From Chloroflexota bacterium (lineage in GTDB: Bacteria; Chloroflexota; UBA11872): a stretch of 64,000 bases of DNA. Shown piece by piece: positions 8,504 through 17,219 of the stretch. Position numbers and translations under genes: made by a program. The DNA lies in the NCBI GenBank assembly GCA_965263175.1, contig OZ253587.1:607341-671340 (forward strand), in the 5' to 3' direction. The notes below the pieces were generated by a model. That model saw only the letters and a program-made list of their open reading frames with translations, had not been told where the DNA came from and ran no database searches. Position 1 is the first letter of the stretch. The number at the start of each line of letters is the position of its first letter.

Positions 8504-11500
8504 ATGCCGAAGAGATTGGGAATGGCTCTCGTTTTCGGCCTGATGTTTGCAATCACGATGCTGCCTGTGCGAGCGCTGGACTGCGGTGGAGATGCCGGCG
8601 TCCCGCTGGACGACGGGTGCTTGTTCACAATCACCGGCAGCGATACGCCGGATTCGGCCGATGGCTTCGCCGTGACCAATGCGGACGAGGTTCCGCTGTG
8701 GGACTTCGTGCGGGTGAGGGACCTCCAGGCCATCGGTTATCCCATCAGTCAGCGGTGGGTCGAAGGCCAGTTCACGCTTCAGGCGTTCCAGAAGGTGATT
8801 TTGCAATGGGACCCGGGTCGGCGGCAGATGAACTACTACAACACGCTGGATGTGCTGGCGAATCGGTATCCCCGCGTGAACCTGCCGAACGTACCGGTAC
8901 ACGAGGTTCTGGCCGCAGACTTCGGAGCAGATTTCGCGACAGTGACGCAAAACCACCTGGCGATCCTGGACCGGAATCCGAAGATCAAGTCGCGCTTCCT
9001 GGCGGAGCCGGACTGGCTGAACCTTTACGGGCTGCCAATTCGGTATGAGGCACGGGAGGTCAACGGGAATGCGGAAGGCCTACAGGTGCTGCGCACACAG
9101 CGGACTGTGTTCGTGGTCTGGAACGTGCCGGCGCCCGGGACGACGGTGGGACAGGTGCTGCTTCAGAACGTGCCGGACAAGGTAAAGAAGCTGACCAACG
9201 TGATCATTCCGGACGCGGCCAAGGCGCCGATCCGACCCGAAGCTGTCGAAGACCTCCCACGTCTAACGTTGACGGATCAGCTGGCACCGCCCACAAGTGA
9301 TCGGCCGACGAGTCTTGAGGGCTGTGCCGGCGGTGCAGTGGTCCCAAGTCCGGGATTGCATCCTGAGCTGGTGAGAGACTGCCTGATTCTCCTGCAGATC
9401 CGCGATGTGTTGGTGGCGGATGGGTCGCTGAACTGGACTGCGAGTCGGCCGATCGCGGAGTGGGAGGGGATCGCGGTTGGGGGCACGCCGCGTCGCGTCC
9501 AGTCGTTATCCATAAGCGGTGGCGAGCGCGGAGGGACAATTCCGGCTGAAATCGGCGGACTGACTGGGCTGCGTGCGCTTCAAATCCGAGGCAATGCATC
9601 AATCGACGCGATTCCGTCCCAGGTCGGGCTTTTGGTAAATCTGCAAGTGCTTGATCTCTTCAATAACCAGCTCACCGGGACGCTACCTTTGCAGATCGCA
9701 CGCTTGGCCAATCTGCAGCACCTCAACCTGGGTTACAACCGACTCTCGGGTTCGATTCCCCAAGAGTTCGGTCAACTCGATTCTCTACGGGTTCTTAGCC
9801 TCTACAACAACCAGCTAGCAGGCGTGATACCACCGCAGCTTGGACGGCTGGGCACTCTGACATGGCTAGGCCTGGGCAGAAATAATCTGGCCGGCGGGAT
9901 CCCGCCAGAGCTTGGGCAATTGAGCCGGCTCCAGACACTTAAGCTTGATAGCAATCCGCTCGGCGGCACCATTCCGATAGAACTTTCCGATCTGGCAGAC
10001 CTGACGGAACTCGATCTGAGAGGAACTAGGCTGACGGGTGGAATCCCATCATCCGTGAACCAATTGGCGAGTCTTCGTACACTTGACCTTGGCGAGAATC
10101 AGTTAACGGGTCCGATTCCGGCGACCTTGGGTCAGCTGTCAAATCTGCAGATACTGCAGCTTCAGTACAACCCACTGAAGGCTGATATTCCACACGAGCT
10201 AGGCCGTCTGCACAGGTTGGAGAAACTTGTTCTAACCGGAAGCCAACTGACAGGCTCTATTCCAGAGGAACTGGGACAACTAACGAATCTGAAGGAGCTC
10301 AGCCTCGGCGGTAACAAGCTAACGGGTCCGATCCCGGCATCGCTCAGTGGCTTGACAGCGCTTGAGGTGCTTCATGCCGGCAACAATCAGCTATCGGACT
10401 CGATTCCTGCCGAGCTCGGCCAACTTCAAAACCTCAGAGAGCTTTCACTCCGCGTCAATCGGCTTAGTGGCCCAGTACCTTCTGAATTTGGAAACCTCAC
10501 ACAATTGCAGCAGCTTGCTCTCAGCGGCAACGGTCTCACGGGTTCGATTCCGCCGGCGTTGAGCCGCCTACCTGCGTTGGCCACGCTATATCTCGGGGGC
10601 AATCGCCTCACTGGTTCGATTCCGGCGTCGCTGGGTGAGCTCACGAGTCTTCGAGAGCTAGGCCTCGGTGGAAATCATCTAACGGGTTCGATCCCACCAA
10701 CGCTCGGCTACCTCGCGAACCTCGAGTTCCTGGGCCTGGAAAGCAATTCGCTGACTGGGCCAATCCCAGCCGAGTTAGGCCGACTATCAAACTTACGGGA
10801 GCTAGACCTAAGCTTCAACCAGCTGAGTGGCCCGATACCGGCGGCATTTGGCCAGCTTATGAGCCTTGAGTGGCTCGGGCTTCGGGACAACCAGCTAGCG
10901 GGCTGCATGCCGGCGGGCTTGGCTGCTGTCCGTACGCGAGATCTTGGTCCTCCCGAGCATCCATTCTGTGACGACCAGCCGGTGCCAGAAACTGAAAGGA
11001 CGCCGGATACGTCCGTCCAAACCAGCGTGAGTTCAGCCGACAATGGGGCATGCACGGACGGACTAGTCGTGCCCCAGCCGCAGACGCACCCCGGTCTGGT
11101 TCTCGACTGCAAGATCTTGTTCGCGATTCGCTGGACGTTGGCCGGGACCGCCGGGCTGAATTGGGGTGCTGGTCGATCCATATCCATCTGGGATGGGGTT
11201 GTTCTGGGCGGCTCACCGCCGAGGATCCACGAGCTTGTGCTGGCAAAGAAGGGACTCTCAGGCTCGATACCGGTGATCATCGGTGAGTTGACGGAATTGA
11301 CTAACTTGGATCTTATGGAGAATCAGTTAACGGGATCAATCCCTGCGAGTCTCGGACGCTTGGCTCGACTAACGAAGCTCTACCTCAATTTCAACGAGCT
11401 GTCCGGGAATATTCCGGAAGAACTGGGGGAAATGTCCGAGCTTCAAGTGCTTTTCCTTTACAGCAACTCGCTGACGGGTCGTATTCCAAAGGAGTTGGGC

Positions 11501-12268
11501 CAGTTGTCGAAGCTGACACACCTGTACCTAAGTACCAATAGCCTGAGCGGTTCAATCCCCGACGAATTGGGCCGCCTTTCACGCCTTACGGAACTCTCTT
11601 TGCGATACAATCAATTGGAAGGTTCGATCCCCGCATGGCTTGGAAGCCTGCGTGAACTCGAAGCACTACACTTATCAAACAACCGGCTCACGGGGACAAT
11701 TCCGACAGAGCTTGGTGGGTTGCATAAGCTTCGAGAGCTGTGGCTGAACACAAACAGTCTCGCTGGCTCGATACCAGCGGATATTGGCCGACTCTCGAAT
11801 CTGCATCATTTGTATCTATCTGAAAACCAATTGGATGGTCCAATTCCTGTTGATCTGGGTCAGCTCTACAACTTACGGGAGTTGGATCTCCTCGGTAATC
11901 GGATTACTGGTTCGATTCCGGCGGAGCTTGGCCAGCTTGCGAGTTTGAGCAGTCTGAATCTCGGTTCCAATCGGTTGACGGGACCTATTCCAGCGACACT
12001 TGGCCAGCTGACAAACTTAGACAGCCTCCGCCTTCAGCACAATCGGTTGACAGGTGCCATTCCCGGCTCGCTAGGACTATTGTCTAGCCTCACACTCCTC
12101 AACCTCGCCCGCAATGATCTGACCGGGACGATACCCGGGGAGTTAGGACGCCTGGATGGTTTGCGCGGAGTTTACCTGAGCGGCAACCAGCTGGATGGGT
12201 GCGTCCCCGGTCGTTGGAAAGTGCTTCCGAACAGTGATCTCAATGCACTTGGGCTGCCGTATTGCTAG
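8504..12268 (+). CDS. secreted protein with two tandem plant-type leucine-rich-repeat modules (1254 aa)
   Basis: Strong SD (GGGAGG) before the ATG. Signal-peptide-like N-terminus MPKRLGMALVFGLMFAITMLPVRA. An N-terminal domain of about 270 aa is followed by two modules. Each module has a Cys-containing N-cap, then 24-residue LxxLxLxxNxLtGxIPxxLGxL repeats, then a Cys-containing C-cap. Confidence 0.9.
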   Translation: MPKRLGMALVFGLMFAITMLPVRALDCGGDAGVPLDDGCLFTITGSDTPDSADGFAVTNADEVPLWDFVRVRDLQAIGYPISQRWVEGQFTLQAFQKVILQWDPGRRQMNYYNTLDVLANRYPRVNLPNVPVHEVLAADFGADFATVTQNHLAILDRNPKIKSRFLAEPDWLNLYGLPIRYEAREVNGNAEGLQVLRTQRTVFVVWNVPAPGTTVGQVLLQNVPDKVKKLTNVIIPDAAKAPIRPEAVEDLPRLTLTDQLAPPTSDRPTSLEGCAGGAVVPSPGLHPELVRDCLILLQIRDVLVADGSLNWTASRPIAEWEGIAVGGTPRRVQSLSISGGERGGTIPAEIGGLTGLRALQIRGNASIDAIPSQVGLLVNLQVLDLFNNQLTGTLPLQIARLANLQHLNLGYNRLSGSIPQEFGQLDSLRVLSLYNNQLAGVIPPQLGRLGTLTWLGLGRNNLAGGIPPELGQLSRLQTLKLDSNPLGGTIPIELSDLADLTELDLRGTRLTGGIPSSVNQLASLRTLDLGENQLTGPIPATLGQLSNLQILQLQYNPLKADIPHELGRLHRLEKLVLTGSQLTGSIPEELGQLTNLKELSLGGNKLTGPIPASLSGLTALEVLHAGNNQLSDSIPAELGQLQNLRELSLRVNRLSGPVPSEFGNLTQLQQLALSGNGLTGSIPPALSRLPALATLYLGGNRLTGSIPASLGELTSLRELGLGGNHLTGSIPPTLGYLANLEFLGLESNSLTGPIPAELGRLSNLRELDLSFNQLSGPIPAAFGQLMSLEWLGLRDNQLAGCMPAGLAAVRTRDLGPPEHPFCDDQPVPETERTPDTSVQTSVSSADNGACTDGLVVPQPQTHPGLVLDCKILFAIRWTLAGTAGLNWGAGRSISIWDGVVLGGSPPRIHELVLAKKGLSGSIPVIIGELTELTNLDLMENQLTGSIPASLGRLARLTKLYLNFNELSGNIPEELGEMSELQVLFLYSNSLTGRIPKELGQLSKLTHLYLSTNSLSGSIPDELGRLSRLTELSLRYNQLEGSIPAWLGSLRELEALHLSNNRLTGTIPTELGGLHKLRELWLNTNSLAGSIPADIGRLSNLHHLYLSENQLDGPIPVDLGQLYNLRELDLLGNRITGSIPAELGQLASLSSLNLGSNRLTGPIPATLGQLTNLDSLRLQHNRLTGAIPGSLGLLSSLTLLNLARNDLTGTIPGELGRLDGLRGVYLSGNQLDGCVPGRWKVLPNSDLNALGLPYC
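9497..10936 (+). repeat. LRR module 1: 20 consecutive 72-nt (24-codon) coding repeats
   Basis: Hand-parsed from the translation (residues 332-811). Every unit is exactly 24 aa with no indels. The module is bounded by the N-cap starting at Cys274 (nt 9323) and the C-cap NQLAGCMP...HPFC (to nt 10969). Confidence 0.85.
11225..12232 (+). repeat. LRR module 2: 14 consecutive 72-nt (24-codon) coding repeats
   Basis: Residues 908-1243, all units 24 aa. Preceded by a second N-cap from Cys850 (nt 11051) that is colinear with the first: C..G.VVP.P..HP.LV.DC..L..IR..L....LNW......W.G...GG.P.R. Followed by the C-cap NQLDGCVP...LPYC. Confidence 0.85.
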
Positions 12269-12465
12269 TAGCAATATCCGCAAACTTCTACGTTCTGGGT
12301 GGGAATGCGCTGTTGGTAGCCGCCAGCGCTTATGTGTGCGCAGATGAGCGTGCCTCAACCGCTCGTATTGGGTGACTGACAGATGTCGTTCCAGCCGTAG
12401 TCGCCAGAAGGCCAGGGAGCGTTGAAGGATTGCGGTAGTCGCCAATGCATCATGGTTGCGGCGTG

Positions 12466-13212
12466 CTAGACCATGAGTTCGCCGCCGGTGATGTCGAGGG
12501 CGGCGCCGGTGATGTAGGCGGCGCGGTCGGAGGCGAGGAAGCAGACGAGTTCGGCGACTTCGGCGGGTTGGCCCATGCGGTTCAGGGGGATGGACGGGAT
12601 GTAGTCCTGGATGCGCTCTTCCGACCAGGCGACGCGCAGCATGTCGGTGTCGATCATGCCGGGGCACACGGCATTGACGGTGATGCCGTAGGGCGCCAAC
12701 TCCTTGGCGGCGGCCCGGGAGAGGCCCAGCACGGCGGCTTTTGAGGTGGTGTAGGACGCGCCGCCCACGGTGCTGACGTTCTTTCCGGCGGTTGATGAGA
12801 AGTTGACGATGCGGCCGTAGCCGTTGGCCTGCATGGCCGGAATGACGGCCTGGGTGCAAAAGAAAACGCCGTTGACGTTGACGTCCAGCACCCGCCGCCA
12901 CTCGGACTCCTCAATTGCCTCGAAGGCGGTGGGCGAGACAATGCCGGCGTTGTTGACGAGGATGTCGAGCCGACCGAAGCGTTTGGTGACATCGGCAACC
13001 ATGGTCTCGACGGCCGCGCGGTCGGCCACGCTGGCGGGAAATGCGGCAGCGTCCGGGCCGAGTTCGGACGCGACGGCTTGAATCTGGTCGGCGTTGACGT
13101 CGTTAATGGCCACGCGGGCGCCGCCGGCCAGCAGCCGCTCGGCGGTTGCGCGGCCCATGCCGCGGGCGGCTCCGGTGACCAATGCGACGCGGCCCTGGAA
13201 CTCAGCGGTCAT
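12466..13212 (-). CDS. short-chain dehydrogenase/reductase (FabG-like)
   Basis: VALVTGAARGMGRA (TGxxxGxG), NNAG and YTTSK (YxxxK). ATG at 13212 is preceded by GAGGAG. The ORF is open to 13245. Confidence 0.85.
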   Translation of the reverse strand: MTAEFQGRVALVTGAARGMGRATAERLLAGGARVAINDVNADQIQAVASELGPDAAAFPASVADRAAVETMVADVTKRFGRLDILVNNAGIVSPTAFEAIEESEWRRVLDVNVNGVFFCTQAVIPAMQANGYGRIVNFSSTAGKNVSTVGGASYTTSKAAVLGLSRAAAKELAPYGITVNAVCPGMIDTDMLRVAWSEERIQDYIPSIPLNRMGQPAEVAELVCFLASDRAAYITGAALDITGGELMV

Positions 13213-13275
13213 CTGGCCGATCTCCTCTGCTGAACCGGTGGGCAATTCTGAAACGACATCCTGCCAGGGATGCGG

Positions 13276-14133
13276 TCATTCGACCGCGACATCAAACCAT
13301 AGGCCCCAGTGGTCGGAGGCGTAGAGATCGCCATCGCAGTGTGTAGTTCCGAATCGTCCGTCGGCGACGATCTTCAACGGCGAGTGCTTGTCCAAGCGGA
13401 CGAGCAGGTGGTCGATTCGAATTGGGGGCGCCTGCGGGTGGATGGGAGCGGCACTGCTCTCGGCGAGGGCCTGGCGGTTGCACATGGTGTTGCTGGTCGG
13501 GTAGGTGGCCGGTGCGTGGTTGAACGGCGGTACCGACTCCAGGCCCAGGGCCTGCATGAGGCGGTAGAGCTTGGGGCTCTGCGGCATGAGGTTCAGGTCG
13601 CCAATGAGAATCAGAAGGTCGGCGTCGGTGGTCATCGGCTGAATGACCTCAACGAGGCTGCTGATCGAGGCGTCCAGCGCTTCGGCCAATCCCCATCTCG
13701 GCAGATGGGTGCTCGCCACGACGAGGTGTGCTCCGTGGAGGTCCCAGTCCGCGGTCAAGAGCCAGGGCTCGTGGTAGCCGAGATTGGCGACGGAGTTTCG
13801 CTCGGCGAGCCGGCGGCGCGACGTGTTCACTGGCTGTTGGTTCGCCAGAAGGGCCGGCCCCATGCTGGTTCCTGGGTGGGACGTGGGGGCGTCGATCCAA
13901 TCAACCACCGACAGGCCGCAATCGACGGCGATCTGCGCTGGCGTGGACTGACCGTTCTCCCACGGTCGCCGGGCGGCGCGCGCCTCGCGAAGAAATAGGG
14001 CGTCGGGCTGGAGGTCGGCCAGTTCAGTTTCTACCAGCGGGCGGCGGCGTGGCCATTCCCAGGAAAAGCCCCAGATGTTCCGGCAGGCGATGCGGACTTT
14101 GCTGGGAGCGCCGGGAGCGGATGGGGGCGTCAC
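13276..14133 (-). CDS. endonuclease/exonuclease/phosphatase (EEP) family protein
   Basis: 285-aa ORF with LFLREA, IGDLNL and C-terminal SDHWGLWFDV motifs characteristic of the EEP fold. Confidence 0.7.
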   Translation of the reverse strand: MTPPSAPGAPSKVRIACRNIWGFSWEWPRRRPLVETELADLQPDALFLREARAARRPWENGQSTPAQIAVDCGLSVVDWIDAPTSHPGTSMGPALLANQQPVNTSRRRLAERNSVANLGYHEPWLLTADWDLHGAHLVVASTHLPRWGLAEALDASISSLVEVIQPMTTDADLLILIGDLNLMPQSPKLYRLMQALGLESVPPFNHAPATYPTSNTMCNRQALAESSAAPIHPQAPPIRIDHLLVRLDKHSPLKIVADGRFGTTHCDGDLYASDHWGLWFDVAVE

Positions 14134-14162
14134 GGCGAGTTGTGTGACTTAGCGGCCTGGCG

Positions 14163-14843
14163 TCAGGCCTTGATGGCGGTCAGGCGCCCCTCGAACAGGA
14201 ACCGGTCGAACAGGTCGTCCAGGTTCATTCCTGCAATGTCCTGCAGCACGTCGTCGGCCGCGCGTGTGCGCAGACGGGCTTGTGTGAGGGACAACGCTTC
14301 GTGCTGACCGTCAGCCTCAAGCTGCCGCAGGAAGCCAACAAGCGCGGCCAAATCCAGCGCGCCTATGGGTAGAAACGTAAGCCCGGAGTGGCGGTAGGAT
14401 CCGTCGTCGTTGACCGAGCGCACCGCGAACTGGGTCACACGGCGGCGTTCCTCGTACTCCAGTTCGACAAGGTCGACGGGCCGGCCCGCCGCCGCGCCTT
14501 CGGCGACCACGAGCACGCAGTTGTTGGAGCCCTGCGAGGGCTGGAAGTCGCCGGTTGGCTGCAGCGGGTGCTCGGCAACCAGTAGTTCGACCTCTTCGGT
14601 GCGCGGGACGGCTCGCAGCAGTACCTGGACCTGTCCCTCGCCCGGGTTCCAGGCCTGGACGTGCAGACCGGGTTCCGCTGAGACGGCGTCCGGATCGGCG
14701 GTGATGACGGCGATGTCGTCAGCACCAATGCCGCGCAGGTGGTCGATTGTGATGTCTAGTTGCACGCCACCGCCGTCTGACGCGGCTGCCCCGTCCGCGG
14801 TCAGCCCGTTTCCGACAAAGATCACGCCCCGCAGGTCTGCCAT
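14163..14843 (-). CDS. hypothetical protein (226 aa)
   Basis: Clean ORF ending 29 nt upstream of the start of the EEP gene on the same strand. It shows weak, by-eye resemblance to the layout of nucleotidyltransferase folds (GVIFVGNG..., IGADDIAVIT) but lacks the GxGTRL motif. Function unassigned. Confidence 0.5.
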   Translation of the reverse strand: MADLRGVIFVGNGLTADGAAASDGGGVQLDITIDHLRGIGADDIAVITADPDAVSAEPGLHVQAWNPGEGQVQVLLRAVPRTEEVELLVAEHPLQPTGDFQPSQGSNNCVLVVAEGAAAGRPVDLVELEYEERRRVTQFAVRSVNDDGSYRHSGLTFLPIGALDLAALVGFLRQLEADGQHEALSLTQARLRTRAADDVLQDIAGMNLDDLFDRFLFEGRLTAIKA

Positions 14844-14904
14844 ATCACCGCCGTATTGCGCCGCTCACGCGGCATACAGTACGGCATATCGGCGTCAGCG
14901 CCAG

Positions 14905-14936
14905 AAAAAAGCCACCTTCAGACTGGAGAAGGCGGC
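14905..14936 (-). terminator. rho-independent terminator after the PhyH-family gene
   Basis: On the minus strand: GCCGCCUUC-loop-GAAGGUGGC (9-bp stem with one G-U pair) followed by UUUUUU. Located 12 nt downstream of the stop at 14948. Confidence 0.7.
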
Positions 14937-14947
14937 TCCGTGACGGT

Positions 14948-15775
14948 TCAGCCGATGGTCGATCCGGCGGGCAGCAGGTGCGCCAGCCGCATTTTCAGGT
15001 TGTCCGGGGCCTCGTTGTAGACCTCGCTGGGCAGGTCCTCAACGAACGAGTCGATCCCGTCGCCAATGATGACCTGGCGTTCGACGTGTCCGCGGCGGGT
15101 CGGGTTGAGATTCAGCCACCACGGCGCGAAGCGGACGACAACTGTGACGCGGTCCTGCGCAGTCGTATTGGGCGACACCGCGTGCCAGAGCCGACTATCC
15201 ACAATTGCGACCGAGCCGGCCTTGCCCAGGAGGCGGGCCTCGTCGTCGCGCGGGGCCATCCAGTCGCCGTGCGGGCCGTCGGGACGTGGATGGTCCTGCT
15301 GGCGGTGGCTGCCGGGCACCACGTAGGTCGCGCCGTTTTCGGGCGTGAAGTCGGTCAGCATCCAGAACGTGGTGAGGTGCATTGGCACGTCCGGGTAGGG
15401 CGCGGGGATATGGGCCAGGTTGCGCTGGTTGTAGGGAAAGTCGGCGTGCCAGATGTCGCGATCGGTTCCCGGCCCGGTGACGTAGCCCGTGACAAACGAG
15501 ATGCGCCAATTGGGGCCGAGCACGCCTTCGGTGACCCTGTCCACTGTTTCGTTTCCAAGGTGGGGCAACAACGCCTGGTCGAAGCGCAGCAGGTTGGAGA
15601 CGCCATAGCGTGGCGCGGGCGAGCGGGAGTGCTCGATGATCGACGCGCTTACCCGCTCGCGGACCTCGCTGAGAGCCGGCTCGGAAATCACGTCCGGCAG
15701 GACGCACCAGCCACGCGTTTGAAGGTCGTCAACAGCGGCCTCTAGGCCGTTCGATGCGTTCATGGTCATCTCCAC
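14948..15775 (-). CDS. phytanoyl-CoA dioxygenase (PhyH) family Fe(II)/2-oxoglutarate oxygenase
   Basis: IWHADFPY (HxD) and the distal His in RLWHAVSPN. Size (275 aa) is typical. Confidence 0.75.
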   Translation of the reverse strand: MEMTMNASNGLEAAVDDLQTRGWCVLPDVISEPALSEVRERVSASIIEHSRSPAPRYGVSNLLRFDQALLPHLGNETVDRVTEGVLGPNWRISFVTGYVTGPGTDRDIWHADFPYNQRNLAHIPAPYPDVPMHLTTFWMLTDFTPENGATYVVPGSHRQQDHPRPDGPHGDWMAPRDDEARLLGKAGSVAIVDSRLWHAVSPNTTAQDRVTVVVRFAPWWLNLNPTRRGHVERQVIIGDGIDSFVEDLPSEVYNEAPDNLKMRLAHLLPAGSTIG

Positions 15776-15898
15776 CGGTGGACGCCTCGGCCCGGCCGGT
15801 CTGCTGATCGCCTGCGTCGCGCCGACGATAGCTGCTGTCCGCGAAATGCTAACAATGCCAGTTCGACGTTCGCACTGGACTGACCGACAAGGTCGGGA

Positions 15899-16087
15899 TC
15901 AGCAGGTCACGTTGCCGCAGCGGGCCTTGGGGTCCTTGTACGGGAACGGATCGTCGCGGGTTCCTGCGGTACCGCCCGTATCGCCGCCGCACGCCGGGCC
16001 AAGGCCGACGGCCACGATCGTCAACGCGCCCAGCAGCGCTCCGCCGAATCGGCGTCGAGTCAACGACCGTCCGGACCGTTTGTCCAT
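15899..16087 (-). CDS. small exported protein/peptide (62 aa) with twin-arginine-like signal
   Basis: MDKRSGRSLTRRRFGGALLGALTIVAVGLGPACGG... ending ...KDPKARCGNVTC. Start set at ATG 16087 because the longer ORF would overlap the upstream gene. Weak support. Confidence 0.35.
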   Translation of the reverse strand: MDKRSGRSLTRRRFGGALLGALTIVAVGLGPACGGDTGGTAGTRDDPFPYKDPKARCGNVTC

Positions 16088-16215
16088 TGCGCCATCCCCG
16101 CGATTGTTCGGCTTTTGACCATTAGAACGGTTGTGCTCGTCTAACGCAAACAAGCGGTCCGGCCGTTGCCGCCCCCAGCGGCCCGTGGCTCGCCGAGACG
16201 GAGATCTGTCGTTGC

Positions 16216-17196
16216 TCACCACTCGAACACCGTCCCCATAAGCTGCGATGAGTCGTCGCGCAGCGTGGCGTAGATGCGTGGCGCCTCGGCAACCGGGACC
16301 ACGTCCTGGATCAGGTCTCCGATCTTGACCAGGCCGCGGCCGACGAGTCGGCAGAGGTTCTGTAGATCGTCACGGTCAAAGTGGCTGTTCTGCTTGATCG
16401 TGATTTCCTGCCCCTGGCCGGTCCTGAAGGTGTAGTTCACCTCCCAGCGGCCCGCGATCAGGATCACGCGTCCCCGCGGCCGGACGGACATGATCAGCTT
16501 GTCCTCCATGCCGGGCACGCCCGCGAAGTCGATCACGGCGTCGAAGGCGCCTTCGCCGATGTGCCGGTCCCAGCCGTCGCCGGATACGTCCACGACGGAT
16601 TCGGCCGAGCCGATGACGCGCGCAAGCTCCAGGCGCCGGCCGGCGACGTCGCCGACGGTCACGCGGGCGCCCATAACCGTTGCAATCTGCGCCGCCATCT
16701 GGCCGATACAGCCGGCGCCGCCGACGATCAACAGGCGTTCACCCATGCGCAGGTCGGCGTTGCGGCAACTGCGCATGGCCACGCCGCCCATGCCGAACAG
16801 GGCGGCGTGTACGGGGTCGATTTCCGGTGGGAGCTTGAGGACCAGGTCGTCCTCGGCGATGGTGACGAATTCCACGTGGCCGGCCGGGCTGCGCTGCGTT
16901 CCGGTGTGCGCCCCGATGAACACAAGGTCCCCAAGGTTCAGATCGGAGACTTCAGGCCCCAGCTCGATTACCTCGCCGACGCTTTGGTAGCCCTCGTTGG
17001 ACGGCAGCTGGTCGTCGGGGCGCGAGTAGTTGCCGCCCAGCATGTTGTTGCGCTCGGTGCCGTTGGTGACGCCGCTGTAGATGGTGCGGGTCTTGACCTC
17101 GTTGGCCTTGGGGGTTTCGGTGTACTCAGGCCAGTCGTCGACCAGTCGCTTGCCCCGCCGTCCGTCGGCTTCCAGCACAGTTACCAGCGCACGCAT
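16216..17196 (-). CDS. medium-chain dehydrogenase/reductase (alcohol dehydrogenase-like)
   Basis: 326 aa with GroES-like N-domain (GYQSVGEVIELGPEV) and Rossmann motif VGGAGCIGQMAAQIA. The usual zinc-binding GHE is replaced by GYQ, so possibly a zinc-independent member. Confidence 0.75.
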   Translation of the reverse strand: MRALVTVLEADGRRGKRLVDDWPEYTETPKANEVKTRTIYSGVTNGTERNNMLGGNYSRPDDQLPSNEGYQSVGEVIELGPEVSDLNLGDLVFIGAHTGTQRSPAGHVEFVTIAEDDLVLKLPPEIDPVHAALFGMGGVAMRSCRNADLRMGERLLIVGGAGCIGQMAAQIATVMGARVTVGDVAGRRLELARVIGSAESVVDVSGDGWDRHIGEGAFDAVIDFAGVPGMEDKLIMSVRPRGRVILIAGRWEVNYTFRTGQGQEITIKQNSHFDRDDLQNLCRLVGRGLVKIGDLIQDVVPVAEAPRIYATLRDDSSQLMGTVFEW

Positions 17197-17219
17197 GGCA
17201 GTCCCTCCTAGGCGTTCGG

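Noticed and set aside
9497-12232. Regular 72-nt periodicity considered as a CRISPR-like or satellite repeat
   Set aside because: The periodicity lies entirely within one open reading frame and corresponds to 24-residue LRR units. The repeat units are diverged at the DNA level, and there is no spacer/repeat alternation.
12269-12465. Possible mobile-element or integrase remnant in the convergent gap after the LRR gene
   Set aside because: A minus-strand frame reads ...SLAFWRLRLERHLSVTQYERLRHAHLRTHKRW..., but I cannot match it to any transposase or integrase motif, and there are no inverted repeats. Too weak to report.
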